DNA of 64,000 nucleotides from Gemmatimonadales bacterium (GTDB lineage Bacteria; Gemmatimonadota; Gemmatimonadetes; Gemmatimonadales; GWC2-71-9). Below the pieces are notes generated by a model. That model saw only the letters and a program-made list of their open reading frames with translations, did not search any database and was not told the DNA's origin. Shown here piece by piece: positions 29,988 through 40,345 of this stretch. The position numbers and the translations under genes were made by a program. Within the stretch, counting starts at the first letter, position 1; each line of letters begins with the position of its first letter. Where the stretch lies: assembly GCA_965249575.1 (NCBI GenBank), contig OZ252244.1:896001-960000 (forward strand), in the 5' to 3' direction.

Positions 29988-30569
29988 CTATTTCGGCGTT
30001 TGCGAGCGCACCACTCGATGATCCGCCGTCTCGTCGCCTCCGGCACGTCCCCTATACCGGTCGGCCGAGCCTCTGCGAAAGAGCTGGGCGTCAATCGCGA
30101 GCCACGGTGAGATCGCATACAGCGTGCTGTCCGACTCGACCAGATCACCTTCACCGCAGAGCAGGACTTGATAGACGACGTGCTGCATCCACGTCGTACC
30201 GCATTTCATCTGCGTCGCAACGAACACGTCTTCCGGCTGGGCTTCGTACCGATCGGCCCGCTCGAAGCTTTCTTTGCTACACGTACCCCTGGGACCCGCG
30301 ATCCCTCGGTGGCGAAAACTCGCTTTCTGGAAGGTGAAGCGCGACAAGAGTCCCGTGAGGCGGATGATCGGCCACAGCCGCCAGGCGTGACGCCTGAGTG
30401 TCCGCTTGAACCGGTCCCGCTCGGCCAACGGAAGACCGTAGTATGCTACCCCTCTGGTCTTCTGATCCTCCCAGACGAGCACGGCAGACAGGTAGAAGAG
30501 TTGGAGAGCGAGGAATGCGAGCACTCCGCCTGCGATGACGGCAATCCACGTCGTGGCCGACCAGCTCAT
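29988..30569 (-). pseudogene. Membrane-anchored sulfotransferase, internally deleted
   Basis: N-terminal TM helix; PEDVFVATQMKCGTTWMQ (5'-PSB); SPWL joined directly to FRRGSADRY (C-terminal RKGxxGDW-like); the 3'-PB region is missing. Confidence 0.75.
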
Positions 30570-30711
30570 CTGCGATCGTGGGACAGGTAGAATTGGGGGA
30601 TACGGTGAATCAATGCCTCGCTCCGGATGCAAGAAAACGTATCCAAAGGTAGCCAGCCGCCCAGTCTCCTCGCACGTCGCATTTTCGACTACGATACGAT
30701 CTGTTGAAATA

Positions 30712-30843
30712 GTGGCTCAGGACCGTTGGAAGCGCGTGGAAGAGATCCTCCACGCCGCGCTCGACCAGGGATCGGCACGTGCGGAGTTCGTGGAGCGGGC
30801 CGCGGCCGGCGATGCGAGGCTTGAGCGCGAAGTCCGGAGTTCG
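30712..30843 (+). pseudogene. Orphan N-terminal fragment of a Ser/Thr kinase
   Basis: QDRWKRVEEILHAALD...RAEFVERAAAGDARLEREVRS parallels the N-terminus of the kinase at 27101 (ERWRRVDRLFEAVLD...LKREIEKL). Confidence 0.65.
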
Positions 30844-30988
30844 TATCGATGCTCACTGCCAATCACATCCCGCTGGAGCACGAGCCAGCGTGGAACCAAT
30901 TCCCCGCGCCGATTTATCGTTTCACGGGGCTTCGGCAGGAGACCCAGCACTTGTGTCAGCGGTACGGATTTCAAACGTGGCGGTGGGC

Positions 30989-32559
30989 TCAGAGTGGTAG
31001 CAGGCGCGGAAGATCGGCGCGCAGCTTCTCCGCGACCATTCGGTGTCCAAACGATGTCAGGTGCACGAAGTCCCACCACACGAATCCCGCGTCTCTCCGC
31101 TGCGCGAGATGCTCGTGCAGGTCGATGACCGGCACCCGGTGCCTCGCACCCACCATGCGAATCATCTCGTGCTTGACGGCGAGGTCGCCATGGGGACTGT
31201 CGGTGAAGCGTCGCTCGATCGAATTGGGTTCGAGTATCAGAACGGCTGGTATGCCCTCGACGGTCAACAGACCAACCATCTCGTCCAGATTGTCCCGGAA
31301 GGCATTCGCATCCAGGTCATTGTTCGCGAGGCTCACCACGACGGCCTGTGGGTGGAACGCCAGCAGGTCTGCCCGTAGGAATCTGAGAACGTCTTCCGCA
31401 AGCTGGCCCGACACGGCGGCGTTCACACACTCGAACCGGCGACCGCCCCCGTCGGCGTTGAGCAGGTGCTCCAATTCACGGACCCAGACTTGGTTCTCGG
31501 TGCTCGCTCCCGCACCCCATGTCTGCGACGAGCCGAGGAAGAGAATTCGATAGAGACTGTCTCCCGGCTCCGCTCGGTACGTGGCTCGTAGATCGTCCAG
31601 TACCTCCGCCCGCGTATACCCCACCCAGTATTCCTCGAACTGCTTCATCGTGTAGTCGACGGTCGGATAGTCCTTGCTCGAACGTACTGCACTACGTACG
31701 CACCGCCGGCAAGGGGGATTAGCAACGTGTAGCCGAGCGCCATCCCCATACCCAAATGTCGCGGCCGGACCGAAGACACCCGAACCGCGGCCAGCGCGAC
31801 CAGTAGGCCGGCTGAGACGAGGATGCCGAATGCCATTACCGCGGCGGGAGTCCCCGCGCGCGTATTGGTGAACGTCTCCTCGAAGGAGCGGCCGTCCGCA
31901 AAGCGAAGTACGACGTCGTCGATCCACGCGTTCCGCTGCCCACCGCGAAAGCCGATGCTCTGCGGACCGGGCTCGCGATGGAACGTTCCAACTCGCACAT
32001 CGTTCACGGCGATGACCACCGTAGCCGAGTCGAAGGTCAACAGCCCGTTGTGCCACGCTCCCGCCGAGATCGGCGATGCAAGGGCCAGGGAGTCAACCCG
32101 CGTGAATTCTCCCGTCTGCGAGGCGGAGTAGTGAATACTCGGAAAATCGGGACGATGGCTCAGGCGAACACCCGAGAACCCCTGCGCGCGCCGATCGTAC
32201 AGCAGGTGAACGTAGCCGTCGGACTCCAGCCGAAAGGCCAGCTCCATCTCCGAGAGATCTACCACGTCGGTAGAGACGACCTCCTGGAAGCCCCACCACG
32301 CTCCCAGATTGAGGCGATTCCCGGCAAGTGGCTGGGTGTTGTAGGCGAACTCTTGCGCCCCCACGACGCCCTTTTCGAGCGTGATCTTGGTCGAGGTCCA
32401 CTCCGGGTGTCCGCGAAGGGCGTTGTGATACAGTGCGTAGGTGTGTCCGGCGAGGAGGCTCGCGCCCGCAATGACAGCCAGGTTCACGAAGACCAAGTCC
32501 AAGTTGGCTCTGAACGTCCCCGGCCCGGTATGGGTCACGGTGTCTCCTCGTCGCTCCAT
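30989..32559 (-). pseudogene. Membrane-bound SGNH/GDSL hydrolase domain protein; frameshift near 31680
   Basis: RILFLGSSQTWG, NAAVSG, SLANND, DFVH blocks; N-terminal TM helices and a beta-sandwich region in ORF 31645..32559. Confidence 0.75.
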
Positions 32560-32780
32560 GCGGACACTGCTACCTGTTGTCGTAGTTGTTTAGATGTCGA
32601 GCGATGGCTTGGGCGCTGCTAGCTCGTACCGCTCCGTGTTGTGGTTTGGGCCTCGTGCAATACCCAACTCGCTCGGACCTGGAAACGCCATACGAGAGCG
32701 CTATGTGCAGTACACGATCGACGGCCAGAGAACCCCGTTCGCAGACCTCGCAGTCCTCATACCCTCGACCCTCGGGAGCC

Positions 32781-34595
32781 TCAGTTCATGTCTGCCTGAA
32801 GCCTAAGCATCGACGTTCCCTGAGTATCCCAGTGAACTGTGATCGTGGGATCTCCGCTGGCCGGTACCCGCACAAATGTTCCGTCGTCCGCGCCAGCAAT
32901 CGCCAGACGCAAGCGGTGCCCCCGGCCGATCAGGACCGAGGTCGGCCAGAGCCGCAAACTCACGGTCTCCACCTCACCCGGCACCATCGGCTCCGCGTCG
33001 GCCCTGCTGAACGAATGGAATGCGGGCTCCTCGAAGGCGGGATCGGACGAGCGTTTTCGGTGGATCAACCGGAGGCCGCCTTCGGTCAGGTATCGGCTCC
33101 GCCCGCTCGGATCCACATCTTCGATGTAGGCAAGGACGGCCCCGTCCGCGTGGGTCGAGGAAAGCTTGAACGTGACCACGGGCGTTCCACTGATTTGCAG
33201 GTCGCGCTCGAGGGGAGCGGTGGTGTACGTCAGCATCCGAGCATCCATCGCCGCGCGATCGTTCAGGTTAAACACCGGACCGCCCAGCTGCGTCCGCCAC
33301 CGATTGTCGGCACCTGTGGAGACGCCGAAGTCGACGGCATAGTCGTCGCTCCCGGCGGAGGTTGGGGGGGCCCCTTCCAGGCGGTTACCGGACGTCACGT
33401 AGAACTCCACCTCACCAATACCCCGTGGTGGCCAGACGTCGGTCTCCCGGTACGCTTCCTCCCCCATGTTGTAGTACCGAATCGGCGGCCAGTCATCAAC
33501 ATCGTTCTCGATGCCCTTCAGGTGGCGATCGAAGAACTTCCGCCGCATCTCGAACTGTTCCTCGACACTCGGTGAGGGATCAACGGGCTCTCCCGCCACG
33601 AGGTAGGGGCTGGCGTGCATCCGCCCACCGTGATTCGACGCCAGGATCAATACTCTTTGCGGGTTGTCGAAATAATTGAACCGCTGAAACGTCCCCTCGA
33701 TCGTCCCTGCGTCGAGCCAGCTCACCAGCACGAGCATCGGGACGCCGGAGCGCGAGATCTCTTCGCGCCAGTGCACCGGGCCGGTCTCCGCATAGGTGAT
33801 GCCGCCGGCGAGGACGTCATCGCGATGCTCCGCCTTCATCACCGTCTGGTATACGTCTGGATTGCTGGCGTGTTCCGCCACAGCATCCGCGCGGAGTACC
33901 AACTCGACGTCTTCGTCCACCGGACGGACCAACGCCTTCATCACCTCCGGATCGTTCCGGTCCATCGCACCGACTCGAAATCCCCAATCCTCGATGAAAT
34001 TGGGGACCAGTCCGTACGGGCGAATCGGGCTTCCGTAGGGCTCGAAGTCCGACCATCCTGGGATCACGGCCTTGACCGCTGGATGTTCAACGGCCGCCAG
34101 CAGCTCCGCCGTGGTTCCGGTGTACGATGTCCCGTAGGAGCCGACACTCCCGCTCGACCAAACTTGCTTGATGACCCACTCCACCACGTCGTAGCCATCC
34201 TTTACCTCTCGCGGCCCGTACTCGACGGGGCGGGTGCCAAACGAGGCCCCGCTCCCCCGGACGTCGACGGTGAGGACGGCGTATCCGTGCTTCAAGAAGT
34301 GCCGGTCGAGCGTGCTCAATGACGGACGCGGGACGCCGGTCTCGGGATGAACGCCCGCACGCCAATAGCGGGTCAACTCGAGCAAGGCAGGCACGCGATC
34401 GCCCCGGCTCAGGTTGGGCGGTAAGTAGAGGTCCACAGCCAGACGCGTGCCATCCCGCGTCGGTATGTAGCTGGAGATGGGCTCGACATTCTGGGTCGCG
34501 ACTCCCCTGGCAGCCGGCACCGACAGGGCCAGAGCGACCAGAACGATCGAGGGTGATATTGGGAGGCCAGAACGCTGACGATTGGACAATTCCAT
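32781..34595 (-). CDS. CocE/NonD family serine hydrolase, exported
   Basis: TRDGTRLAVDLYLP, DVRGSGASFG, GTSYTG nucleophile, GHRLRLAIAG; signal peptide. Confidence 0.92.
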   Translation of the reverse strand: MELSNRQRSGLPISPSIVLVALALSVPAARGVATQNVEPISSYIPTRDGTRLAVDLYLPPNLSRGDRVPALLELTRYWRAGVHPETGVPRPSLSTLDRHFLKHGYAVLTVDVRGSGASFGTRPVEYGPREVKDGYDVVEWVIKQVWSSGSVGSYGTSYTGTTAELLAAVEHPAVKAVIPGWSDFEPYGSPIRPYGLVPNFIEDWGFRVGAMDRNDPEVMKALVRPVDEDVELVLRADAVAEHASNPDVYQTVMKAEHRDDVLAGGITYAETGPVHWREEISRSGVPMLVLVSWLDAGTIEGTFQRFNYFDNPQRVLILASNHGGRMHASPYLVAGEPVDPSPSVEEQFEMRRKFFDRHLKGIENDVDDWPPIRYYNMGEEAYRETDVWPPRGIGEVEFYVTSGNRLEGAPPTSAGSDDYAVDFGVSTGADNRWRTQLGGPVFNLNDRAAMDARMLTYTTAPLERDLQISGTPVVTFKLSSTHADGAVLAYIEDVDPSGRSRYLTEGGLRLIHRKRSSDPAFEEPAFHSFSRADAEPMVPGEVETVSLRLWPTSVLIGRGHRLRLAIAGADDGTFVRVPASGDPTITVHWDTQGTSMLRLQADMN

Positions 34596-34689
34596 CGTGA
34601 GCTCTCCAGGGAGGAAAGTGAGAATCGCTCGTATTCCGGTCGATCGGGAGCGTTTGCGATTGTTCCGCGTGTTCCCGACTCCGAGGCGG

Positions 34690-35991
34690 TCAGTCGTGAT
34701 ACTCGGCAGCAAGTTGAAAGCTGGTGAGGATGCCAAGTATCTCCTCGCGCCTGTTGAACAGGAACCGCAATCCCTCAGCTGTGAAGCACATCCGCACGAG
34801 GGATCTCAGATCGAGTCTGTTGTCGATCAGCAACCCGAAGACGATCTGCCACTTGAGCGGAATCTTGTTCTCGTGAGAGATTTCGAAATGTGCTCCAACC
34901 ACAAGACTGTCCGTTCCGTAAACCTTATCGAACCACTTGAAAATCGCTGCGCTATGGGCCGTGATATGCGGCACGATACTGGGATCGTCTACCTCCACCA
35001 GCCCGTCCTTGATCGTGAACAGCGCTGTAATGTCGAGGTCCGCAACATGGATGTAGAACTTCGGTAACAACCGCGCAAACACGCCGTACTGTCGCTTGAG
35101 TTGCTTTGCGTACGTTTGACCCGCGTCCTGCAATTCGACGAACGAGTTTCCGCTGGCGCGAGCCAATTTAACTAACTCGTTCCCTTTAACCGGTTGCTTT
35201 TCGAGCTCGGTGTGACCGGTCGACCTTGTATAACTGAAAACGTCACCGACCTCGATCCTCAGAATGCGCTCATCGATGGTTGCTAGATCCTCGGCTGACG
35301 TGATCATCGCCGAGTTCTGATGGAAACTCTCGGGAGCTTTGTAGTAGTGATAGGATGCAAATGGGAACACATGTGCCGGTTCAAAGAACATGTAGTTGTT
35401 CCTGAACGCCCGCTTGATTCTGCGTATTACTTCCTCATCGCCCGGGAAGGGATAGATCAATAGCTTGCCGGCATGATTGAAATTGGTGAGGAACACGTCT
35501 ATATGACCAAACTTGCGGCGTAGCATCCTTCTGGACCTTGGGGGGATATTACAGTCGTTGTAGTTGAGAATGGTCCCCTGGGTCGACCGGATGAGGAGCA
35601 TGTTGTCGATTCCGGTCGTCGGGTAGCGCGTGATTTCCACGTCGTCGGACAACTGTACAGGCGTCCGTTCGTCGAAGCGTACCACGTTCCGGAACCCGAT
35701 CCTCTCCAGCGCGACATCGAGTTGGAAATTGAACGAATGATTCCCGTACACGACGACGTCGGGGTTCACCTCCAGGACCCGTTTGAGCGTGGGGACGTGA
35801 AAGTGATCACCGTGAAAATGGGAAATCCACATGTGGGTTGCTGATGCGGCTAGTTCCAGCGCACGACCATTGTTGAAGCGCAACCCCCAGCCGCTCTCAA
35901 AGCACTCGCCGAAATACCATGGGTCGGACAGCAATCTGATGTCGCCAAGCTCGATCAACACGCTAGCGTGGTTGATGTAATGGATCTTCAT
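34690..35991 (-). CDS. MBL-fold metallo-hydrolase (UlaG/CMAH-like)
   Basis: NHASVLI, LLSDPW, SHFHGDH, NYNDC, FPFAS; visibly more AT-rich than flanks. Confidence 0.85.
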   Translation of the reverse strand: MKIHYINHASVLIELGDIRLLSDPWYFGECFESGWGLRFNNGRALELAASATHMWISHFHGDHFHVPTLKRVLEVNPDVVVYGNHSFNFQLDVALERIGFRNVVRFDERTPVQLSDDVEITRYPTTGIDNMLLIRSTQGTILNYNDCNIPPRSRRMLRRKFGHIDVFLTNFNHAGKLLIYPFPGDEEVIRRIKRAFRNNYMFFEPAHVFPFASYHYYKAPESFHQNSAMITSAEDLATIDERILRIEVGDVFSYTRSTGHTELEKQPVKGNELVKLARASGNSFVELQDAGQTYAKQLKRQYGVFARLLPKFYIHVADLDITALFTIKDGLVEVDDPSIVPHITAHSAAIFKWFDKVYGTDSLVVGAHFEISHENKIPLKWQIVFGLLIDNRLDLRSLVRMCFTAEGLRFLFNRREEILGILTSFQLAAEYHD

Positions 35992-36184
35992 CGTCCTTCC
36001 TGTGCTGCAGGCGCGGAGGCCGCCAACGGTTCGCGCGCCCGGCGAGTGCCCGGCCGGCATGAAATGGTTCCGGACGCGCCAAAACCGGCGCTTTGCACGG
36101 GACAGCGACCAGCGCCCAACGGTCGCGCGGGCTAGCTCCTAGATTAGGACGGCAGGTCACGCCTTCGGAGATTCGGAGCCCGAG

Positions 36185-37008
36185 ATGGTCCCTCAGGGTA
36201 TCGCCACAGTCACGGCTGGCATTTCACCGCGACGTCGCTGGCTCCGATTGCGCCTCCTCCTTGCCAGCGCCGGTAACGGAGAGTTGTATCGCGGCTGGCA
36301 ATCCATCAGGCGCCTCATTGGAGAGGCGTTTGACGGAGCCGGCTCGATTCAGATGACGATCGACTCCGCCACGATCCTACCGCTAGGTGACTCGGCCGCA
36401 ATCGCTTATTTCAGATACCGCTGGCTCCTGGGACCGGCCGCCGCCACCTCGGTACGCGGCGTCATGACGATCGTCTATACGCGAACGGAGACGGGATGGT
36501 TGGTAGCTCCCGAGCACACGAGCACCGTCCCTGAAGGAGCGGTGTGGACGCCAAATCCCTCAGAGATCGGCGCGGGGCCTCGTAACCCCGTCCGTCAAAT
36601 CGCCGAGTGCGTCGCTAGCCGCACTGTGGATGGCGACACCATCGAGTGTCGCGGCATCGGACGCGTTCGATTGATCGGCATGGACAGTCCCGAGCGAAAC
36701 CAGGATCCTTACGGCAAGATGGCGGCAGCAGCGTTGGCAGATCTCTCGCATCCAGGATCACCATCGAACTGGATGTAGAGGGGCGAGACCAGTATGGCCG
36801 CGTGCTCGCATACGTCTGGGCCGATCGCGTGATGGTCAACTGGATCATGATCCGTCTGGGATGGGCAGTCGTCCTGACCTATCCGCCGAACGTGCAATAC
36901 GTGGACTGGTTCAATACGGCTCAAGCATCGGCACGCGGTGATAGGGCCGGCCTGTGGGGAATCGACGGATTTCGCCTGCCGCGGGACCGGAGGCGTGGCA
37001 GATGCTGA
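36185..37008 (+). pseudogene. NTF2-like (DUF4440) domain fused to thermonuclease (SNase); frameshift near 36750, N-terminus uncertain
   Basis: RGWQSIR...GWLVAPEHTS, then VDGDTI, VRLIGMDSPE, DQYGRVLAYV, GLWG motifs. Confidence 0.72.
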
Positions 37009-37077
37009 AACAGGCTCAGCCGAACGCAGCCCCGCGGATCCTTTGACGATCTTCCTTGACGGCCAACTGGCGTTCGG

Positions 37078-39000
37078 TCATGCGTCCGGACGCCGGGCAG
37101 CCTGGGCCCGCTCGCCCGCAACGCTGGACTCCTGCGGGGGCTCCACTTCAGGGATCGCCAATCGTCCAGCGCGCCGCAGGGCACGGCGCACGATAGCTCG
37201 TAGCTCTTCCAGGGTCCACGGCTTCGTGAGGTGAGGAATGTCCCCGCGAAGGTCGCTCCCACGAGGGATCTCGCCGGGCGCGTACCCGCTCATTAGGACG
37301 AACGGCACCCCCCTCCCCGAGTCCCGAAGGGCGCTGTACAGGGCACGTCCCCCGATCTTGGGCATGACCAGGTCCGAGAGCACGAGATCGACCTCGTCCC
37401 CGTGGACGCGGAAGAGGTCGAGCGCCTCCTCACCGTTCGCCGCCAGCAAGACACGATAGCCGAATGCCATGAGCGCCCGACCGGCTGACTCGCGCAACTG
37501 GGCGTCGTCCTCCACGACGAGCACCATCTCTTCATTGCCCCGGGCAGTTGCCCGATCGCCCGCCGTTTCGGTTGGCGCCTCGCCTTTTCCGGCAGCGACC
37601 GCCGACTGTGGCAGTAGTACATCTATGGTCGTCCCGCTGCCCGCCGTGCTACGTACGTCGATGAAACCGTCATGCTGCTTTACGAGCCCGTCGACAATCG
37701 CCATCCCGAGCCCGGTCCCGACGCCAGTGGCCTTGGTCGAGAAGAACGGCTCGAACACGCGTTCCCGCACCGACGGCTCCATTCCGGTACCGGAGTCCTG
37801 GATCGTGATGCAGGCATACCGGCCGTGGGACGGCCATACGCGGCCGTCACGCGGGCGATCCATCTCGCGCCCGGAGACGCCGATTGACAACAGCCCTCCC
37901 TCAGGCATCGCGTCTCGCGCGTTGGTCACGAGGTTCAACAGCACCTGCTCGAGCGCGCCGCGGTCCGTCGCACCGGCGGGACCTCGTCACCGATTGTGAT
38001 TTCGAAGTCGACGGTTTCGGGTAGGACGCTGCGCAACATCCTCTCGAACTCCTGAACCAGCGCTCCAGGGTGGAAGACCGCGAGGGCCAAGCGGTCGCGC
38101 CGCGCAAAGGTCAGCAGACGGCGGACAAGGGTCCGCCCGCGACGGGCCGCCTCTTGAAGCCCCTTGACCATCGCACAGTGGTCGCTATCACCCGACTCCG
38201 CCAGCTCGGTGGCCAGCAACTCCGCGTTCGTTTGCACGATACCCAAGATGTTGTTGAAATCGTGCGCGATGCCGCCAGTGAGCTCACCGAGCACCTCGAA
38301 TCGTTGAGCGTGACGAAGCTGCGCTTGGAGGGCGTGCACATCGGATACGTCCCGATGTAACCCCACGTAACTCACGATGCGGCCGTTCCGGGCCCGAATA
38401 GGGGAGATCACACCCTCTGCGTAGTATCGCGTGCCGTCGCGACGCCGGTTGATGAACGTTCCCGTAAAGCTCTCGCCCGCAACCAGGCGAGACCACATCA
38501 GCTCATAGAATGCGTCGTCGTGTTCGCCGCTCTTGAGGATACGCGGGTTGTCCCCCAGGGCTTCAGCGCGGGAAAAGCCCGTGATCGCCTCGAACGCAGG
38601 GTTAACGTACTGGATCCTGCCACCCGGGTCGGTGACAAGTACGGCCTCGCCTGCCTGCTGCACGGCCAGCGCCACGGCCCGCGATCCCGCCGCCGCCCGG
38701 CGCGGGCGACGAAGCACGACGGCGGCGGCACCAAACACGACGCCCGACGACACCACGGCGAAAAGGAAACCACGGATGGTCTGATAATGCGTCGCGCCAC
38801 TGGTTCTGGAGAAAATCGCCGACTGGACGATCCGCAAGCGCTATCCACAGCACGACGAACAGGACATACGCCGCCGTTATCTGCAGGGCCAACGGAGCGT
38901 CGAGCGCGCCCAAACCCGACGTCTCGATACCGACGCGCGTGCTGGTCAGCACCGGACGCGCCGGGCCAGCCGGAGGCTCTTTCGGGGCTTGCGATGTCAT
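37078..39000 (-). pseudogene. PAS hybrid sensor histidine kinase (TM-PAS-HisKA-HATPase-REC); frameshifts near 38825 and 37965
   Basis: YVNPAFEAITG, GGIAHDFNN, NLVTNARDAM, DSGTGM, GTGLG, VVEDD, SDLVMP, KP. Confidence 0.88.
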
Positions 39001-39272
39001 GGTACCCCCCACGGCCGGAACCCTGGAGACTCCGGCACTCACACCCTCCACAATGGGGAGTTCCGGAGAACGCGCTAGTGCGTTATTGGGACACTAGTGG
39101 GTGGACCTGGGACAGCCCCAATCAACGAGAGAACTGTTTACAGGGAATTGACTTAGGCGTCAGAAGTGCCGCCGGATCCGCGGGGCACCGTTGGTCAGTT
39201 CGGCTTTCTTCGCGAAGTGTTCGCCGTAGTTGAGGACCTTGAACGAACCCTGGAGCGCGCCGGCGGGCCTCG

Positions 39273-39707
39273 TCAATCCTCCGGCTGGTTAGGGTAAGGT
39301 GCACTACCAATCACCTTCGGTCGGGCCCGCGGCGGGAAGCGGAGCTCGAAGGCTCCCGGTCCGTAGTGCCACAGAAGCGCCGACGCAGCCAAGATCAGGA
39401 GGTCTCGTTCGAGAGCGGCGGTGATTCCGGCCGGGATCCGCACTGTGCCAATCGCTCCAGCGATAAGGACGATCAGTGCGGTGAGGGCTGCCCGGTGGCT
39501 GTATCCAAGAACTAATAAGCCACCGGCGACGACCTCGACCACGCCGGTCACGGGTCCCAGGATGCCAGGCAAGCCAACCCCCACGAACTTGGCTGTGGCG
39601 CCGGGCCAGTCGATGGCCTTCGGCACGCCATGCCATAGGAATATCATCGCTACTAGAACGCGACTGCCAAACAGGGTCAGGCGCACGGATTGAGCTCGAG
39701 TCATCAC
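39273..39707 (-). CDS. DoxX family membrane protein
   Basis: RVLVAMIFLWHGVPK, EVVAGGLLVLG, GPGAF. Confidence 0.85.
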   Translation of the reverse strand: MMTRAQSVRLTLFGSRVLVAMIFLWHGVPKAIDWPGATAKFVGVGLPGILGPVTGVVEVVAGGLLVLGYSHRAALTALIVLIAGAIGTVRIPAGITAALERDLLILAASALLWHYGPGAFELRFPPRARPKVIGSAPYPNQPED

Positions 39708-39861
39708 AGTCGCCTTTGCTCGATGTCGTTGACGTGTGTCATGGGATAACGGGACCGAGACTCACGGGGTTCCGGGAAATATTCGCCCCGAGTGGCGCCG
39801 AATCCTAGCGATTCGGTTCGCGCAGTGCGCTCGAGCCGGTTCATCGCCGAAGCCTTCCGGT

Positions 39862-39890
39862 TTGACACGCCGGACCTCCGTAACAATCTT
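39862..39890 (+). promoter_or_regulatory. Possible sigma70 promoter of the RND operon
   Basis: Perfect TTGACA (39862-67), 16 bp spacer, then a weak -10 (CAATCT), about 10 nt before ATG 39900. Confidence 0.45.
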
Positions 39891-39899
39891 GCCTTGACT

Positions 39900-40235
39900 A
39901 TGCCGAGCGCCGTCCGTGTACGAATCGCCTCTGCGAGCCTCGCGGTCGCCTGGGTCGCCGCGACCTCCGTCGCCGTCCCGGCGCATGCCGATCACGACGG
40001 GTACACGCGGCATGTTGAAATGGCCCACGGCGAGCACGACGTGGCGGTTCACGACTTCGACGCCAGGCCTGATGGACGCGCCGAGCTCGGCGCCGTTTAC
40101 GCCGCTTCGGTCGCCGATGGTGTTGACTGTACCTCGGCGCCCCACATCGCGCCCATGCCGGTTCGCGGCATCGCGTCCCAGAGTCGAGCACCTCCCTCCG
40201 CTCGACCTCGAGCCCCCCCCCGCACGACTTCCTAA
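39900..40235 (+). CDS. His-rich small exported protein ending in two RAPP motifs (DUF2946/CzcI/CruR-like leader)
   Basis: Signal-like N-terminus, HADH/HVEMAHGEH, RAPP at 40185-96 and 40209-20; first ORF of the metal efflux operon. Confidence 0.7.
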   Translation: MPSAVRVRIASASLAVAWVAATSVAVPAHADHDGYTRHVEMAHGEHDVAVHDFDARPDGRAELGAVYAASVADGVDCTSAPHIAPMPVRGIASQSRAPPSARPRAPPRTTS

Positions 40236-40345
40236 CGCCCGACGCGCGCGCGACCGGGCCCGTCGCACCGTGCGCGCGATTGCGATTCCCCTCCCTCCCC
40301 AGGACAGGATCGCAACCTCATTCCGGCGCTGGAGGTGTCGTGTAT

